Source: Candidatus Thorarchaeota archaeon (GTDB lineage: Archaea; Asgardarchaeota; Thorarchaeia; Thorarchaeales; Thorarchaeaceae). Taken from it: a DNA stretch of 64,000 nt. Of the stretch, positions 9,843-20,864 are shown piece by piece. The stretch's first letter is position 1. Every line of letters starts with the position of its first letter. The stretch is taken from the NCBI GenBank assembly GCA_029855935.1, contig JAGSHN010000004.1, positions 118,022-182,021 on the forward strand, written 5' to 3'. A program made the position numbers and the translations under genes. Under the pieces are notes generated by a model that was not told the DNA's origin, ran no database searches, and saw only the letters and a program-made list of their open reading frames with translations.

Positions 9843-10661
9843 ATGAGAGATGGTGGTCAATTGGTTAGTGATCTCACAATTGTAAAACTTGGAGGGTCCG
9901 TAATCACATACAAGGATAAAGTGCCCCCCAAGACAGACATTGATGCACTAGACCGAATAGCGCAGGAGTTGAGGGCGTGTCGAGGCCCCTTGATTGTCGT
10001 GCTTGGCGGAGGGGCACACGGCCATCAAGCCGCGAAGCACTATGGATACGACACGCCAGAGGGGATGGAGCGACGGCTTGAGGGTGTCCCGCTAATTCGT
10101 CACAACATGACCTTGCTTTGTCAGGATGTGCAGGACTCATTGGCGAGAGCGGGCATTTCAACCGTCAGCATTCCACCATTTTGCACATTTGTCTTGAACG
10201 CTGAGAAGATTGATGAATACTTTATAGAGCCCATAGTGATGTCACTCGAGTCGGGGTTGACCGTTGTCACACACGGCGACGTGTGTTTCGATAGAAGCCA
10301 TGGTGCATCGATTCTCAGTGGGGACACCCTTGTTTCGTGGCTGTCAGCACAACTGGGTGCGCCTAGGGTTCTAGTGGGAACTGATGTCGATGGCATCTAC
10401 GACTCCGACCCTCGTATGAACCCTGATGCAAAACTAGTTCGCCGAGTTGACAACTCGAATGAATTATTTGTGCTGGATGGCCTTGGGCCGTCGGCCTCAA
10501 TTGATGTCACAGGCGGGATGCTAAAGAAGGTGAGGGAATTGATAGAGGCGGCACAACATGGCGCTACCGTGACCATCTTCAATCTCAGCGTCGAGGGGCG
10601 GCTAGAGGCACTGCTTCGAGGAGAGGAAACTATCTGTACGAGAATTGCTTTCAATCATTGA
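9843..10661 (+). CDS. ipk: Isopentenyl phosphate kinase (amino-acid kinase family)
   Basis: KLGGSVITYK, GGGAHGH, HGDV, SGD, DVTGGM..K. Confidence 0.88.
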   Translation: MRDGGQLVSDLTIVKLGGSVITYKDKVPPKTDIDALDRIAQELRACRGPLIVVLGGGAHGHQAAKHYGYDTPEGMERRLEGVPLIRHNMTLLCQDVQDSLARAGISTVSIPPFCTFVLNAEKIDEYFIEPIVMSLESGLTVVTHGDVCFDRSHGASILSGDTLVSWLSAQLGAPRVLVGTDVDGIYDSDPRMNPDAKLVRRVDNSNELFVLDGLGPSASIDVTGGMLKKVRELIEAAQHGATVTIFNLSVEGRLEALLRGEETICTRIAFNH

Positions 10662-10753
10662 TGGGAAGGCGTTGGATGTGTTAGAAGATAAGGTTTTTAT
10701 CACAAGTGGTTGACGGACGCGAGGACGCAACAGCTAAGAGTGGCGAGGTCCCT

Positions 10754-11065
10754 ATGACTCAGAAAGCGCGCATTCGACTTTCGAGCACGAACACGGAGCA
10801 TCTGGATAGCGTATGCAACCAGATTCGTAGGATAACTCGGAAGACTGGAGTGAGGATGTCAGGTCCAATCCCCCTCCCCACGAGGCGTATGGTAGTCCCA
10901 ACTCGGAAGACTCCGTGTGGCCAAGGATCTGAGTCATGGGATAAGTGGGAGATGCGCATTCACAAGCGGCTGATTGATATCGATGCAGACGAACGGGCAA
11001 TGCGCCAGATAATGAGAGTCCGTATTCCAGACTCTGTCTATATTGAGATTGAGCTGACGGGCTAA
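10754..11065 (+). CDS. rps10: 30S ribosomal protein uS10
   Basis: [36 protein letters not shown]. Confidence 0.97.
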   Translation: MTQKARIRLSSTNTEHLDSVCNQIRRITRKTGVRMSGPIPLPTRRMVVPTRKTPCGQGSESWDKWEMRIHKRLIDIDADERAMRQIMRVRIPDSVYIEIELTG

Positions 11066-11275
11066 TACGGCCCCTATCACTAAGCGCAAGGCGGACAGCC
11101 ATACTGTGGACAGCTTGAGCTGAAACATACCATTGCTGGCAACAGCATTCAACCTGCCTTTAGGAGGCTGGCGGACTCAGTCTGAGCAATCTGACAAGCA
11201 TTCTTTCTGTCCCAGTCACAAACTCCTTTTGTATTTGAAACAAATAGTGCATCAGCATAGCGGAGAAACACGACA

Positions 11276-13099
11276 ATGTGTGGAATCATCGGCGTAGTAC
11301 AGAGAAAAGGTCTTGTTGCACCATTTCTTTACCAAGCGCTAAAACGTCTCGAGTACAGAGGATATGATTCAGTCGGTGTGACAACGATAGCCAATGGGAA
11401 ACTCTACACAAAGAAGGATAAGGGTAAGATAGAGGAGGTGCACAAGAGGCTCAATCTTGACGATCTTCCAGGCTCAATAGGAATTGGACACACAAGATGG
11501 GCAACCCACGGAATTCCATCCATGTATAATGCCCATCCTCACTTCGACTGCTCCGGAAAGATTGCCGTGGTACACAACGGAGTGATTGACAACTTCTTGG
11601 AACTCAGACGAGAGCTCGCTGGAAGAGGACACAGATTCAACTCAGATACAGACACAGAGGTCATCCCTCACCTAATAGAGGAATATATGGAGGAGGGGTT
11701 GAACATTGTTGAGGCTGTCAGACAGGTGACAAAGCGAATTAGGGGGACATACGCGATTGTTGCAATGACAGCGCAAGAACCTGAAAAGATTGTATGCACT
11801 CGGGACGGGAATCCACTTGTCATTGGGCAGGGGGATGGAGCGGCATATGTCTCCTCCGATATTCCGGCGTTTCTCCCGGCCACAAACAACATGATTCTAC
11901 TGCTTGATGGAGAAATTGCCACACTCACGCCCGACGGAATCAGAATAGAGAACCTGTCCACTGGAGAAGTATTGACTAGGGACCCCATTAAGATCAGCTG
12001 GACTGCCGACCAAGCACAGAAAGGTGGCTACCCGCATTTCATGCTGAAGGAAATACATGAGCAGCCCGAGGCAATACGGAATACCCTCCGCATCCGCCAA
12101 GAGGTCCTGGACGCAGCTGCAGAGATAATTAGCAAGTCGGATAGGCTCTTCCTCACCGCTATGGGTACATCAGGCCACGCAGCTCTAGCTGGTCGCTTCA
12201 TGTTTGCATCCATTGCAGGAATTCTCCCCATATTTGAGATAGCAAGTGATTTTCCTGACACGGTCGGTGATGTGCTGCAGCCAAGTGACTGCGTAGTTGC
12301 GATTACTCAGTCTGGCGAAACTAGTGATACCATTTTCGCTGTAAAGCATGCGAGAGAGCGAGGCGCAAAGGTGCTTGCACTCACGAATGTCGTTGGTAGC
12401 TCCATCACACGAGCCGCAGACCGTACAATTATCACGCAGGCAGGACCAGAAATTGGTGTTGCAGCAACCAAGACGTTCATGGTTCAGCTAACGGCCTTGG
12501 CCCTCTTGTCTATCGCCCTAGGAAGGCGCATGGAGGCCAGACAAGCCTCATTCTTTGATGCGAAGAGTGAAGCGCTTCAACGAATGCCAGACATAGTATC
12601 TGAAACGATTGTTCGGAATGAGGAAGTCGCACGTAGGGTCGCCGAGAGATACCATGACCGTGGCAGCTTTTTGTTCTTAGGCCGGGGGATATCTATAGCC
12701 ACAGCTCTTGAGGGAGCATTGAAGCTGAAAGAGATATCATACAATCACGCGGAGGGGTACTCAGCTGGGGAGTCGAAACACGGCCCAATTGCATTGATTG
12801 AGCCGGGTTTCCCAGTTGTGTTCATAGCTCCGAGGGATAACACCCGAGACAGGCTTATGGGCAATATCATGGAGATGAGAGCAAGAGGCGCCTCAATCAT
12901 CAGTGTGATAGAACGAAACGACAAGGAACTGGCGAGTCTATCTGACGATGTCTTCGAGGTGCCACAGAATGTTGACGCGGAGTTTTCAACCATGCCGTTC
13001 GTTGTGCCGCTGCAGTTGTTGAGCTATTATATGGCCACAAAGAGGGGGTACGATCCGGACAAGCCGAGGAATCTAGCCAAGTCGGTCACTGTCCTGTAG
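11276..13099 (+). CDS. glmS: Glutamine--fructose-6-phosphate aminotransferase
   Basis: MCGIIG, GHTRWATHG, SQSGET-like motif, PRNLAKSVTV. Confidence 0.97.
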   Translation: MCGIIGVVQRKGLVAPFLYQALKRLEYRGYDSVGVTTIANGKLYTKKDKGKIEEVHKRLNLDDLPGSIGIGHTRWATHGIPSMYNAHPHFDCSGKIAVVHNGVIDNFLELRRELAGRGHRFNSDTDTEVIPHLIEEYMEEGLNIVEAVRQVTKRIRGTYAIVAMTAQEPEKIVCTRDGNPLVIGQGDGAAYVSSDIPAFLPATNNMILLLDGEIATLTPDGIRIENLSTGEVLTRDPIKISWTADQAQKGGYPHFMLKEIHEQPEAIRNTLRIRQEVLDAAAEIISKSDRLFLTAMGTSGHAALAGRFMFASIAGILPIFEIASDFPDTVGDVLQPSDCVVAITQSGETSDTIFAVKHARERGAKVLALTNVVGSSITRAADRTIITQAGPEIGVAATKTFMVQLTALALLSIALGRRMEARQASFFDAKSEALQRMPDIVSETIVRNEEVARRVAERYHDRGSFLFLGRGISIATALEGALKLKEISYNHAEGYSAGESKHGPIALIEPGFPVVFIAPRDNTRDRLMGNIMEMRARGASIISVIERNDKELASLSDDVFEVPQNVDAEFSTMPFVVPLQLLSYYMATKRGYDPDKPRNLAKSVTVL

Positions 13100-13177
13100 G
13101 TTCCAAATACGGGCTTAAATACCTCAGCAGGTAGATGACAGTGACGGTGACTTGACCCCTCTCGACGTGATAGGAGA

Positions 13178-13534
13178 GTGATAGGTCCTCCTACGGCGAC
13201 ACACGAGGAGGGCGCAGTTTCAGATCCGTCCGTAACGCTGACCATACAAGATCAAGAGGAGAACTGGAAAGGCATGTCAGGTGGGCTTACAATCTCGGCA
13301 CTCTCGGACTTTGCACGTATCGTGGCCCAGTATCTGGCGGAGATTTGGCAGTTCCTGATATTCATCGGTCAGGTCGCTAGCGTAGTTGTCATCCTTGTGG
13401 GAGCAATCCTCTGGCTGACCCAAGTCAATGTATCGAAGGGAAAGGCCATGGTCCTAAGTGGGGTGATACTTGCCATAATAGTGCAGTACTTTGTAATGTA
13501 TCCGCCTGCCCTAGTCGCTCGGCTCAGTCCATAG
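13178..13534 (+). CDS. Small two-TM membrane protein, TrbC/VirB2 (conjugative pilin / CedA1)-like
   Basis: Amphipathic helix followed by two hydrophobic segments joined by a basic loop (..ILVGAILWL..SKGKAMVLSGVILAII); alternative start 13274. Confidence 0.45.
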   Translation: MIGPPTATHEEGAVSDPSVTLTIQDQEENWKGMSGGLTISALSDFARIVAQYLAEIWQFLIFIGQVASVVVILVGAILWLTQVNVSKGKAMVLSGVILAIIVQYFVMYPPALVARLSP

Positions 13535-13540
13535 TGTTCA

Positions 13541-14107
13541 CTATGTGCTGAGCACCCCATCACTCCACTCCCGCACCAAACGGTCAATTCTCTTACACAG
13601 CCACTTCTCTTCGGGAGTCATCTGACGCAGTCTTTCTTGTGTAACTCCAGCTCGGGCAGCGCGAAGAATCTTGGAGAGACGAGTGTTACTTAGCGACTCC
13701 GTCAATCTTTGTATTCCATCAATCTCCTCAAGTATTCGAGGATCGAGGGCGCTTCTATCGCGTTGCAGTCGCCTAATCTTCTCGGCAACAGCTACGTACA
13801 ATGGAGCAGGCGGGATGCCTCCGTAGAGATCGCGCGGGTGCTTTCGTTCTTGTTGAAAGATATTACGAAGGCGTTGAATTGAGTCGAATGCGTCGTTTGG
13901 GTCCAGCTCGACAGTATTGTGAAGCAGAAGAACGTTGAGTGCCCAATTCGGCAGCTCGGTCTGTGTATCGGGTGACAGGGGGCCGACATCCTTACCGCCA
14001 ATAGTAATCGACCCGAGTGCACGTGTAAGTCGACATCTTCGGCCACTGTTCAGGAAGGCCATTCGGAGACGAGAGAATGCTTCTTGGGCAGTAGTTTCCA
14101 GTTTCAT
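13541..14107 (-). CDS. GINS complex subunit, Gins23/Psf2 type
   Basis: N-terminal B-domain GPLSP...ELPNWA followed by helical A-domain (QER..LY..RLSKIL..MTPEE..W). Confidence 0.75.
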   Translation of the reverse strand: MKLETTAQEAFSRLRMAFLNSGRRCRLTRALGSITIGGKDVGPLSPDTQTELPNWALNVLLLHNTVELDPNDAFDSIQRLRNIFQQERKHPRDLYGGIPPAPLYVAVAEKIRRLQRDRSALDPRILEEIDGIQRLTESLSNTRLSKILRAARAGVTQERLRQMTPEEKWLCKRIDRLVREWSDGVLST

Positions 14108-14242
14108 TCGTGACCACTAGGAGCTGTTGGTTGTCAGCTCATTAAAAGATGATGGGATATCCGGTGTGACAAGTTTGTTGCATACACAGTTTCTTGAGAA
14201 CGCAGGTGGTTCGTAGAAAAGCCGTGCTCACGTCGAGGGATA

Positions 14243-17200
14243 TTAGAGATCCAGTAGTGATGGACACTGACCAGGAACCCAGCTGTTTTCCATCAAATTG
14301 CTCAGTGAGATGATACGGCACCCGCGCGGGATATTGTCCAAGTTATCAGCATACTCGGCAGCTGGAAGGATAATAGTAAGTATGGAGGGAGGGCACTCTT
14401 CACCGTGCGGGCCGCCATCGTGCCGAACTGAATCATAGATCTCGGAGCGAGAAGGGAAGACTAGGTATGTCATACTCCCGTCACAGATTGATTTCCCACA
14501 CACTGTGGGGCTCTCACTTCCCTGTTTTCTGAGCGAGTCCAACAGATGAGCAAGGCAGTAGTCCCGAAGTTGATTCAGAAAGCTCTGGGTTGCGACCCAG
14601 AGACCCCTGTCTATAGAGAGATCATCGATGCTATACGGCACGCGAATCGCGAACAACTTCTCATCTAGTAGCAGCTCTGACAATGCACGACGCCCACCAC
14701 TCTTATTGAGTTCGACACTATGCGCGCCCGTGGATTGTACTGCGACTGTGTCCAGAAACTCCAGCAGTTCACCCCATCGTACGCGTCCGTTATTAATCGT
14801 GACGTAACGCAGAAGGAGATTGCTCCAGACTTCATCGGCCATTGCAGGAGAAGGTTCTGTGGATGAGGGCGCATCCAGCTCTATTCCTGCATTGAGCCCA
14901 CCATCTTGGTAGGCACGAGTTGCAATCGTGGTGTCGGAAAACGTGGACTCACGACTGGATAATGCGTCCGCTATGTCAAGGATCATACGGTCGATTGAAG
15001 AGGGAAAGGCAGGAATGACTTGGAATTCACTAGGGTGGGGAGCGTTTATGATGACCTCACGTACTTTTGCAGCCGCAACGCTTCCCCTCACGATAACGAA
15101 CAACCTAGAATCCTTTCCTACTGTTGCAACTAACGATTCCAGAGACTCAAGCGAGTCGGAGAGGGTAGCTGCCCGTAGTGAATCTGGGAACACAATAATG
15201 CGCACCTGATCGCCCACAGTAATTATACTACCGTTGACTCTAGTCTGTTGCCCAAACCCCACTTCTTCTAGCCTACGACAGACGTAGTTCTTGATGATCT
15301 CCAGAACAACGGAGCGTCCCTCTCCGGGAAGAGTATAGATGAAGCCATCTCTAACAAGCCCAATTGCTTGGCGCTCAATAGTCCCGAGAGTAATCAGCTC
15401 TGTTTTCAGCTCTGAGATCTCCTGTTTGGAAACGGATGTAATTGAAACTAGGACGGAGTGCAGCTCGGACTCGGTTAGGTATCTCCTGCTTTCCAGTGCA
15501 TCAATGACATGCTCGGTGATTCTCGCAAATTGGTCGTACACAACAGTGGGCGGTTCGTTTCTCACGCCGTAACTGGCTTGGAGCAAGGTTGGTTGTACTC
15601 CAGACATTGGTACATCCTCTTGAGAATCGACTGAAACGGCGGAACCAGTAGGTGCAGGAAACGCGGTCGGAACAGTCATCAACTCAAACGCATCGGTGAC
15701 AGGTGTTGTCATTATTGCACGCCCTCTCCTCAGAGTGCGCAGATATCTCTCTTGTTCCGAATCCAACGAAAGAAGACGTGCTCCCACAAGGCTGTCGTAG
15801 GGCAATTTGAAGACTATCTTGGTGCCAGTATTGGCAAGTATGTTTGACGATACGGTAGGACGTGTCGCGACAACTATTACCCCCTGCCCCGTTGCTCTCT
15901 GAAGCATAACCATTGACTCACCTGTAGTCACATCGGCGGCGGTAGAACGCGTGTAGCTCTCGGGGACGAGGTTATTGGCTTCTTCAAGAACAACGACATG
16001 GTGCAAGCCGTCCGAGATTCCACGTCTGAGAGCGGCCTCGAAGACTCTCTTCGCAATGAGATTATACAAGATGCGGGCAGCGTCCATCCCGCCAACCCGG
16101 GCCACGTGGCTCAAATCAAGAACTACACGCCGTTTCATGAGGGAGCTGAAGTGTACAGAGGCGCGTCCCCCGGCAAGGATTGATGCCAATGGCTCCCTGC
16201 GTAGTATCTCCAAACGGTTCAACAATGCGTCAATTGTAAGGCTATTTGTGGAGTCCTTTCCCCTCTTGCCCTCGATTACGCGGATCAGTGCTTTCGCCGA
16301 ACGGTCTGGCAGCCTAGCAACCTCTTCCAGACAGACTAGTAACATTCGCTCCATCGCGGGGGAAAGATCAGAGCTTGAGCTACGTTCGTGAAGGATTTCT
16401 CTCAAGATTGCAAAGGTTGTGTGAGCAGCATTTTGGAGGTCGTCGGTTTCTTCGTCAATCAAACTCATTACAAAAACATCATCCAGGCCGGGCTTGAATA
16501 CGAGGACTTCGCCCGGTGAGAACGCCGCCAAATCGGCGTATTCAGACCCTTTCACATCGAAGACCCACCATGGAATCGTTGTCTTAACCGTGAGCTCCCA
16601 GATAATCCGTTTTACCACGGTCGTCTTCCCCATCCCGGTGGCACCAAGTACGGCAAGATGCTGGCGCAGCCACACTGGTTTCAAGCCAACAGGATTGAAT
16701 TGTCGACCCTTGTATACAGACCATCCAATGAAGAGTTCGTTGTCTGTCAGGCTTCTTGATGGAACAGGGAAGTCTGGCAAGTCTACGGTATCCAGTTCAG
16801 GGATATGCTGAACTGGAGTATTGACGAACGTGACGAGCCTACTTGTGTGTAGACGTTGTGGTTTGATGTGTCGGCGCATCAACACGCGGAGCAAGAACGC
16901 GGGATTTGGACGCTTGAGTACAAACCGGAATGAATCGTCCTCGCCCCAGATTGAATGGACAATTCCGTCCAGACGATTCGCCGCTCCCTTAGAGCTAGTA
17001 GACTGAAGGAGGCGAATAGTTGTTGTTACGCTAAACCACCCCTGATTGTCACGAGCAGCTGCAAACTCTTCCATGAGTCGTTTCTTACTGGTGTGGTCCT
17101 CAAGAGAGTCCTCTCGCCTCTTCTCTCTGGCGCGAATTTGGCGCCATCTGTGTTCTAGCCTCCGGCGTTGGCGACCGGGAGTTGTAGGCGAGAATACACA

Positions 17201-18133
17201 AGAAACGCAAGCATCAATCCCCTGTTTCAGTAGAGCTGACAGGAAGGCTCCAATCTGTGCTGAGTCGCTTGTCACGTGAACTCGGGGTCTGCCTCGTATC
17301 ACATAGAAGTTGGAAGAGAGATCTGTCTGATGAATAGAGCTCCAATGCGCATCCACTGGAACAATCTCCAAGTTCGTCAATGTAGTGAGAGCGTTACAGA
17401 GTGCGCTCCCTTCAAGCTGGATTAGCTGGACACTGTCAAGGGCTGCCACGAGAATTGCCTCGGCACGGGCAGCCTCTCGTTGGAGGACATGACTGACATC
17501 ATTAGCTGAGGGGCCAACGGACGTGATGAACAAGCGGAGAAATGGATGACCAGATTCAACGCCCGCCTCAAAGCACATAGTGACTGATGGACTCATACCA
17601 GTGCGAAGCGATTGAACAATGGTGGGATCATATTCGACACCCTCGTCTGACTTGGTGACACTTGCTCTGACAGAGAGCAATTCTAGGCAGCGGATGCCAA
17701 CGACATTTCCATCAATATGGAGGAGAAACGTGTTAGAGTCACATCGACAGCGTATGACAGGGGGGGTTAGACCAGAAACAGCCAGAAGCATCCCACTGGC
17801 GACGGTTGACATGCACAGCACAATCTCGACAATAGGGCGCCCAAGGTAGGTGGGGGTGTGAAGTAGTCTAAACAAGGGTGCCACGTATACGAGAAGGAAA
17901 TAGCACAATGCAACAACCGTTTGGGCCAGCCAAATCCGTTTGTGAAGCCGTAGTCGGAGGTGACGGGCCCAACCGGATGACTGCTCATGGGGAAAGAGGG
18001 GAGTTGTGACACGGCCTTCGCGAGCGGGGGTGGTTGTGGCGTCCACGACCGCCCGTTGCAATCCTGTATATTGATCCTGCACGAGAAGCCCTCCGGTGAG
18101 TGTTTGACCGAGTTCGTTTCTTGAGGGAGTCAT
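14243..18133 (-). CDS. Large membrane-anchored HerA/VirB4-like (DUF87) ATPase
   Basis: Two N-terminal hydrophobic segments; HLAVLGATGMGKTT, FDVKGSEY, VVVLEEANNL, ATRP..ILANT.TKIVF; long C-terminal extension. Confidence 0.8.
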   Translation of the reverse strand: MTPSRNELGQTLTGGLLVQDQYTGLQRAVVDATTTPAREGRVTTPLFPHEQSSGWARHLRLRLHKRIWLAQTVVALCYFLLVYVAPLFRLLHTPTYLGRPIVEIVLCMSTVASGMLLAVSGLTPPVIRCRCDSNTFLLHIDGNVVGIRCLELLSVRASVTKSDEGVEYDPTIVQSLRTGMSPSVTMCFEAGVESGHPFLRLFITSVGPSANDVSHVLQREAARAEAILVAALDSVQLIQLEGSALCNALTTLTNLEIVPVDAHWSSIHQTDLSSNFYVIRGRPRVHVTSDSAQIGAFLSALLKQGIDACVSCVFSPTTPGRQRRRLEHRWRQIRAREKRREDSLEDHTSKKRLMEEFAAARDNQGWFSVTTTIRLLQSTSSKGAANRLDGIVHSIWGEDDSFRFVLKRPNPAFLLRVLMRRHIKPQRLHTSRLVTFVNTPVQHIPELDTVDLPDFPVPSRSLTDNELFIGWSVYKGRQFNPVGLKPVWLRQHLAVLGATGMGKTTVVKRIIWELTVKTTIPWWVFDVKGSEYADLAAFSPGEVLVFKPGLDDVFVMSLIDEETDDLQNAAHTTFAILREILHERSSSSDLSPAMERMLLVCLEEVARLPDRSAKALIRVIEGKRGKDSTNSLTIDALLNRLEILRREPLASILAGGRASVHFSSLMKRRVVLDLSHVARVGGMDAARILYNLIAKRVFEAALRRGISDGLHHVVVLEEANNLVPESYTRSTAADVTTGESMVMLQRATGQGVIVVATRPTVSSNILANTGTKIVFKLPYDSLVGARLLSLDSEQERYLRTLRRGRAIMTTPVTDAFELMTVPTAFPAPTGSAVSVDSQEDVPMSGVQPTLLQASYGVRNEPPTVVYDQFARITEHVIDALESRRYLTESELHSVLVSITSVSKQEISELKTELITLGTIERQAIGLVRDGFIYTLPGEGRSVVLEIIKNYVCRRLEEVGFGQQTRVNGSIITVGDQVRIIVFPDSLRAATLSDSLESLESLVATVGKDSRLFVIVRGSVAAAKVREVIINAPHPSEFQVIPAFPSSIDRMILDIADALSSRESTFSDTTIATRAYQDGGLNAGIELDAPSSTEPSPAMADEVWSNLLLRYVTINNGRVRWGELLEFLDTVAVQSTGAHSVELNKSGGRRALSELLLDEKLFAIRVPYSIDDLSIDRGLWVATQSFLNQLRDYCLAHLLDSLRKQGSESPTVCGKSICDGSMTYLVFPSRSEIYDSVRHDGGPHGEECPPSILTIILPAAEYADNLDNIPRGCRIISLSNLMENSWVPGQCPSLLDL

Positions 18134-18238
18134 CGAGTTTCGCTGTGCTCGTCCGGTGAATCCAGACAGTCCTAGGTTTACATACTACCATAGATAAGGC
18201 CCACATCTCTCCATCTGACAAACAGGACTCGGATTAGT

Positions 18239-20311
18239 TCAAGGTGAGAATGCCCTACGTTTCATCAGGACGGCCGTGACAGGAGCAAATGATGCAATCA
18301 GGCTGTAGAAGAATGTTCTAATCCCGACACCTTGTGAGGATAGTATATCGTTTGCCTTCAACACTATTTCGAGGAACCCGCTTGATGCAGCCAACCCTCT
18401 ACCGGATGGCGTTTCATAGAATAATACGTAGGTACCCGGTCTATTTGGAACAGGGAGATGAAGCATAGCAAAACCTTCGGCATCAGTCTGTGCCACGACT
18501 GATCGACTGAGCCAGGTAAACTGAACCGTGACGAAACCCAAACTTGTACCGTTGAGCGCTTGTGCCTGAACATAGGCGTGGATCTCTTGGAGAGGCGGTT
18601 CTACAGTATATTCAACGAGCCCAAGACGGGCCGGAATCTCAGTGCGTACTCTGAGGATGTATGTGGAAGTGGCATTTAGTTCATACTGACTACGTCCACT
18701 CAGAACAACCATGTATTCGTAGGTTCCAATCGAAGACGGAGCCCAGATTGGAAAGGAGGCTGTGCCCTCAGAACTAATATCTTGTGCGCCCAGTAGGTGG
18801 CCGTCAAGTAGTAGAGAAGCTGTTTCTCCCGCGAGGGGACCTGTTTCATTCGTCACTTCCACGAGAAAGACGACTTCCTGGTGTGGACATGAGAAGCCAA
18901 GTGTGTTCGTTCGCACTGAAACTCTATGTTGATAGGCATAGTCGACGGAGAATACGCAGGAAACGTTCTCGAGAAACTCGTTCAGACGCACCTTGAGAAG
19001 CAGTGTATGTTTCCCGGGTGAACCCTGTACTCTGAGAGAGAACTCAACCGATGTGCGGTTCTCAACAACGGGCTCCACACAGTAGAGAGACAGCTCGGGA
19101 CTTTCCAGTACCACGAGCGCGGGGGATACGGATCGGCCGAGCGCATCAGTCACGGAAACATTGAGGAGGGCCCAAGACCCGATAAGCCACCTTGAGTCGG
19201 ACTGGATATCCAGTAGGGTGGGGGAGGTCACAGCGAAAGAAAGAGAGTACGAGGCTGGATCGTATCTGTCGGATCCTTCAAAGAAGACGGTTAGCGAGTG
19301 GTTTCCAAGACCAAGTTCTTGATCGGCGTGGATAGTGATGTTGATCATTCCTGCGTGGTCAGTACGGAACGTGCCAATAGTGCGATCATCCAGAGTAGCC
19401 AAGACGTCGGCATTCTCGATGGGCTGCGACAACGAATCCAGCACCGTTGTCACCATTACTGTCGTGTTGACGGTGACTTGATACGGCACGGAAATAGGAG
19501 TGAATTGCGATGTGCGCCTAGCAATACTCACCGAGCAATATGCATGTGATGAAGCGTAGTATTGGGATGTATTATCGCCAAGATAACAAACACTGAGTTC
19601 GTTTTCGCCAATCACCGCCCATGACAGACTGACTGAGATGTTTAGACTCACCGAACCATTGGCATCAGTTGTGCCGTAGCCAATCACCTGCTCATTTGAG
19701 GCAACTGTGATTCGTTTACCCGCAAGTGGAGCTCCCCGATCATCTTGGAGTGATGCTCTGAGCACGAAGAAATCGCCGGGAGCCAGAGTAATATTCACAG
19801 GGTCTAGCTGAATCGTGATAGTGGTCGATGCAAGAACAACAAGTTCGAATTGTTCGTAACACGGGGCCAGTGCGAGTGACTCATTTCCACGGTAGGTGGC
19901 ATTGAGCACGATAGGGCCTACAGGAAAGTCGTATGGGATGGTCCATTGAAAATCTACACGGCCGCTTTCATCAGTGAGTCCAGTACCGAGAAACAGATCG
20001 TATGTTTCAACATAGAACTCCACTTCTTGATTGGCAACTGATGTTCCGGGCAGGCTGGAGGGAAGTAGCGAAACAGACAGGAGAAGGGTTTCACCTCGGC
20101 ACACCAATAAGGTCGAGCGGCCATTGGTAGATACGGCACCAGACAGTACAATAGCAAATATTAGAATGCCAATGATTGCATACTCGCGGTCATTCATCTC
20201 TTGGGTCACCTCCCGCGTATTAGCGCTGAGCATTGCACCCCGTTCATACTTGTGGAGCGGGGTGTGTCGACACATTCCAATTGTCAACAGCTGGAGTTTC
20301 GTTCTTTCCAC
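18239..20311 (-). CDS. Secreted/surface protein with Ig-like beta-sandwich repeats and C-terminal TM anchor
   Basis: Signal/TM segment AIIGILIFAIVLSG; repeated TD..G motifs, Y.G/F.G strands, many N-x-S/T sequons; C-terminal hydrophobic helix plus KRR; real start likely near 20196-20232. Confidence 0.72.
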   Translation of the reverse strand: MERTKLQLLTIGMCRHTPLHKYERGAMLSANTREVTQEMNDREYAIIGILIFAIVLSGAVSTNGRSTLLVCRGETLLLSVSLLPSSLPGTSVANQEVEFYVETYDLFLGTGLTDESGRVDFQWTIPYDFPVGPIVLNATYRGNESLALAPCYEQFELVVLASTTITIQLDPVNITLAPGDFFVLRASLQDDRGAPLAGKRITVASNEQVIGYGTTDANGSVSLNISVSLSWAVIGENELSVCYLGDNTSQYYASSHAYCSVSIARRTSQFTPISVPYQVTVNTTVMVTTVLDSLSQPIENADVLATLDDRTIGTFRTDHAGMINITIHADQELGLGNHSLTVFFEGSDRYDPASYSLSFAVTSPTLLDIQSDSRWLIGSWALLNVSVTDALGRSVSPALVVLESPELSLYCVEPVVENRTSVEFSLRVQGSPGKHTLLLKVRLNEFLENVSCVFSVDYAYQHRVSVRTNTLGFSCPHQEVVFLVEVTNETGPLAGETASLLLDGHLLGAQDISSEGTASFPIWAPSSIGTYEYMVVLSGRSQYELNATSTYILRVRTEIPARLGLVEYTVEPPLQEIHAYVQAQALNGTSLGFVTVQFTWLSRSVVAQTDAEGFAMLHLPVPNRPGTYVLFYETPSGRGLAASSGFLEIVLKANDILSSQGVGIRTFFYSLIASFAPVTAVLMKRRAFSP

Positions 20312-20495
20312 TAGGTCGATTTGACTAGTCCTTATAGACTCCTACACGAGAGATGTTCTGATGAGGACCATAGTTTGTAATGCTGCCACTTCCATGGGAC
20401 ACACGAAGAGGAGCATAGAACACGTCACTACCACCAACGACATGTTTAATTCAAGAACCGAACCCGTCAATACGAGAAACTGGAGTGAGAACAGA

Positions 20496-20864
20496 TTGGT
20501 GGTCAGGATAAGAAATGCTACCATCGAGCAGATAAGAGGGCTTGAAACCCGACGAGTGAAAGAGTTGACGATGGTTTCTGGGGGGCAGGGAGTGTCGCTG
20601 GCGCTTGAGCTGCCTGATGCCCTCTGCGAGGGGTTCAAACAAAAAGAAACGACTACAGTCCTTGTAGACGCAGAGCCAATTTCCAAGGGGGATGATGCAC
20701 GATTCTACGCTGAGGCATCCGTGTTCAAAATCACCACGGATGCGGGGCAGTTGCACGTTGTGAGCACCATTGGTGGATTACGGGTGGCAATCACATTTGT
20801 TAAACCCACACCATCACAGAAACGCGTCTTCTCATCAGGGAAGTTCTACATTGCCATCATCTGA
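20496..20864 (+). CDS. rpo8: DNA-directed RNA polymerase subunit Rpo8/RpoG (RPB8-like)
   Basis: OB-fold-like beta pattern with VVSTIGGLRVAI and C-terminal FYIAI, resembling RPB8 SFGGLLM..YLL; start uncertain. Confidence 0.6.
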   Translation: MVVRIRNATIEQIRGLETRRVKELTMVSGGQGVSLALELPDALCEGFKQKETTTVLVDAEPISKGDDARFYAEASVFKITTDAGQLHVVSTIGGLRVAITFVKPTPSQKRVFSSGKFYIAII

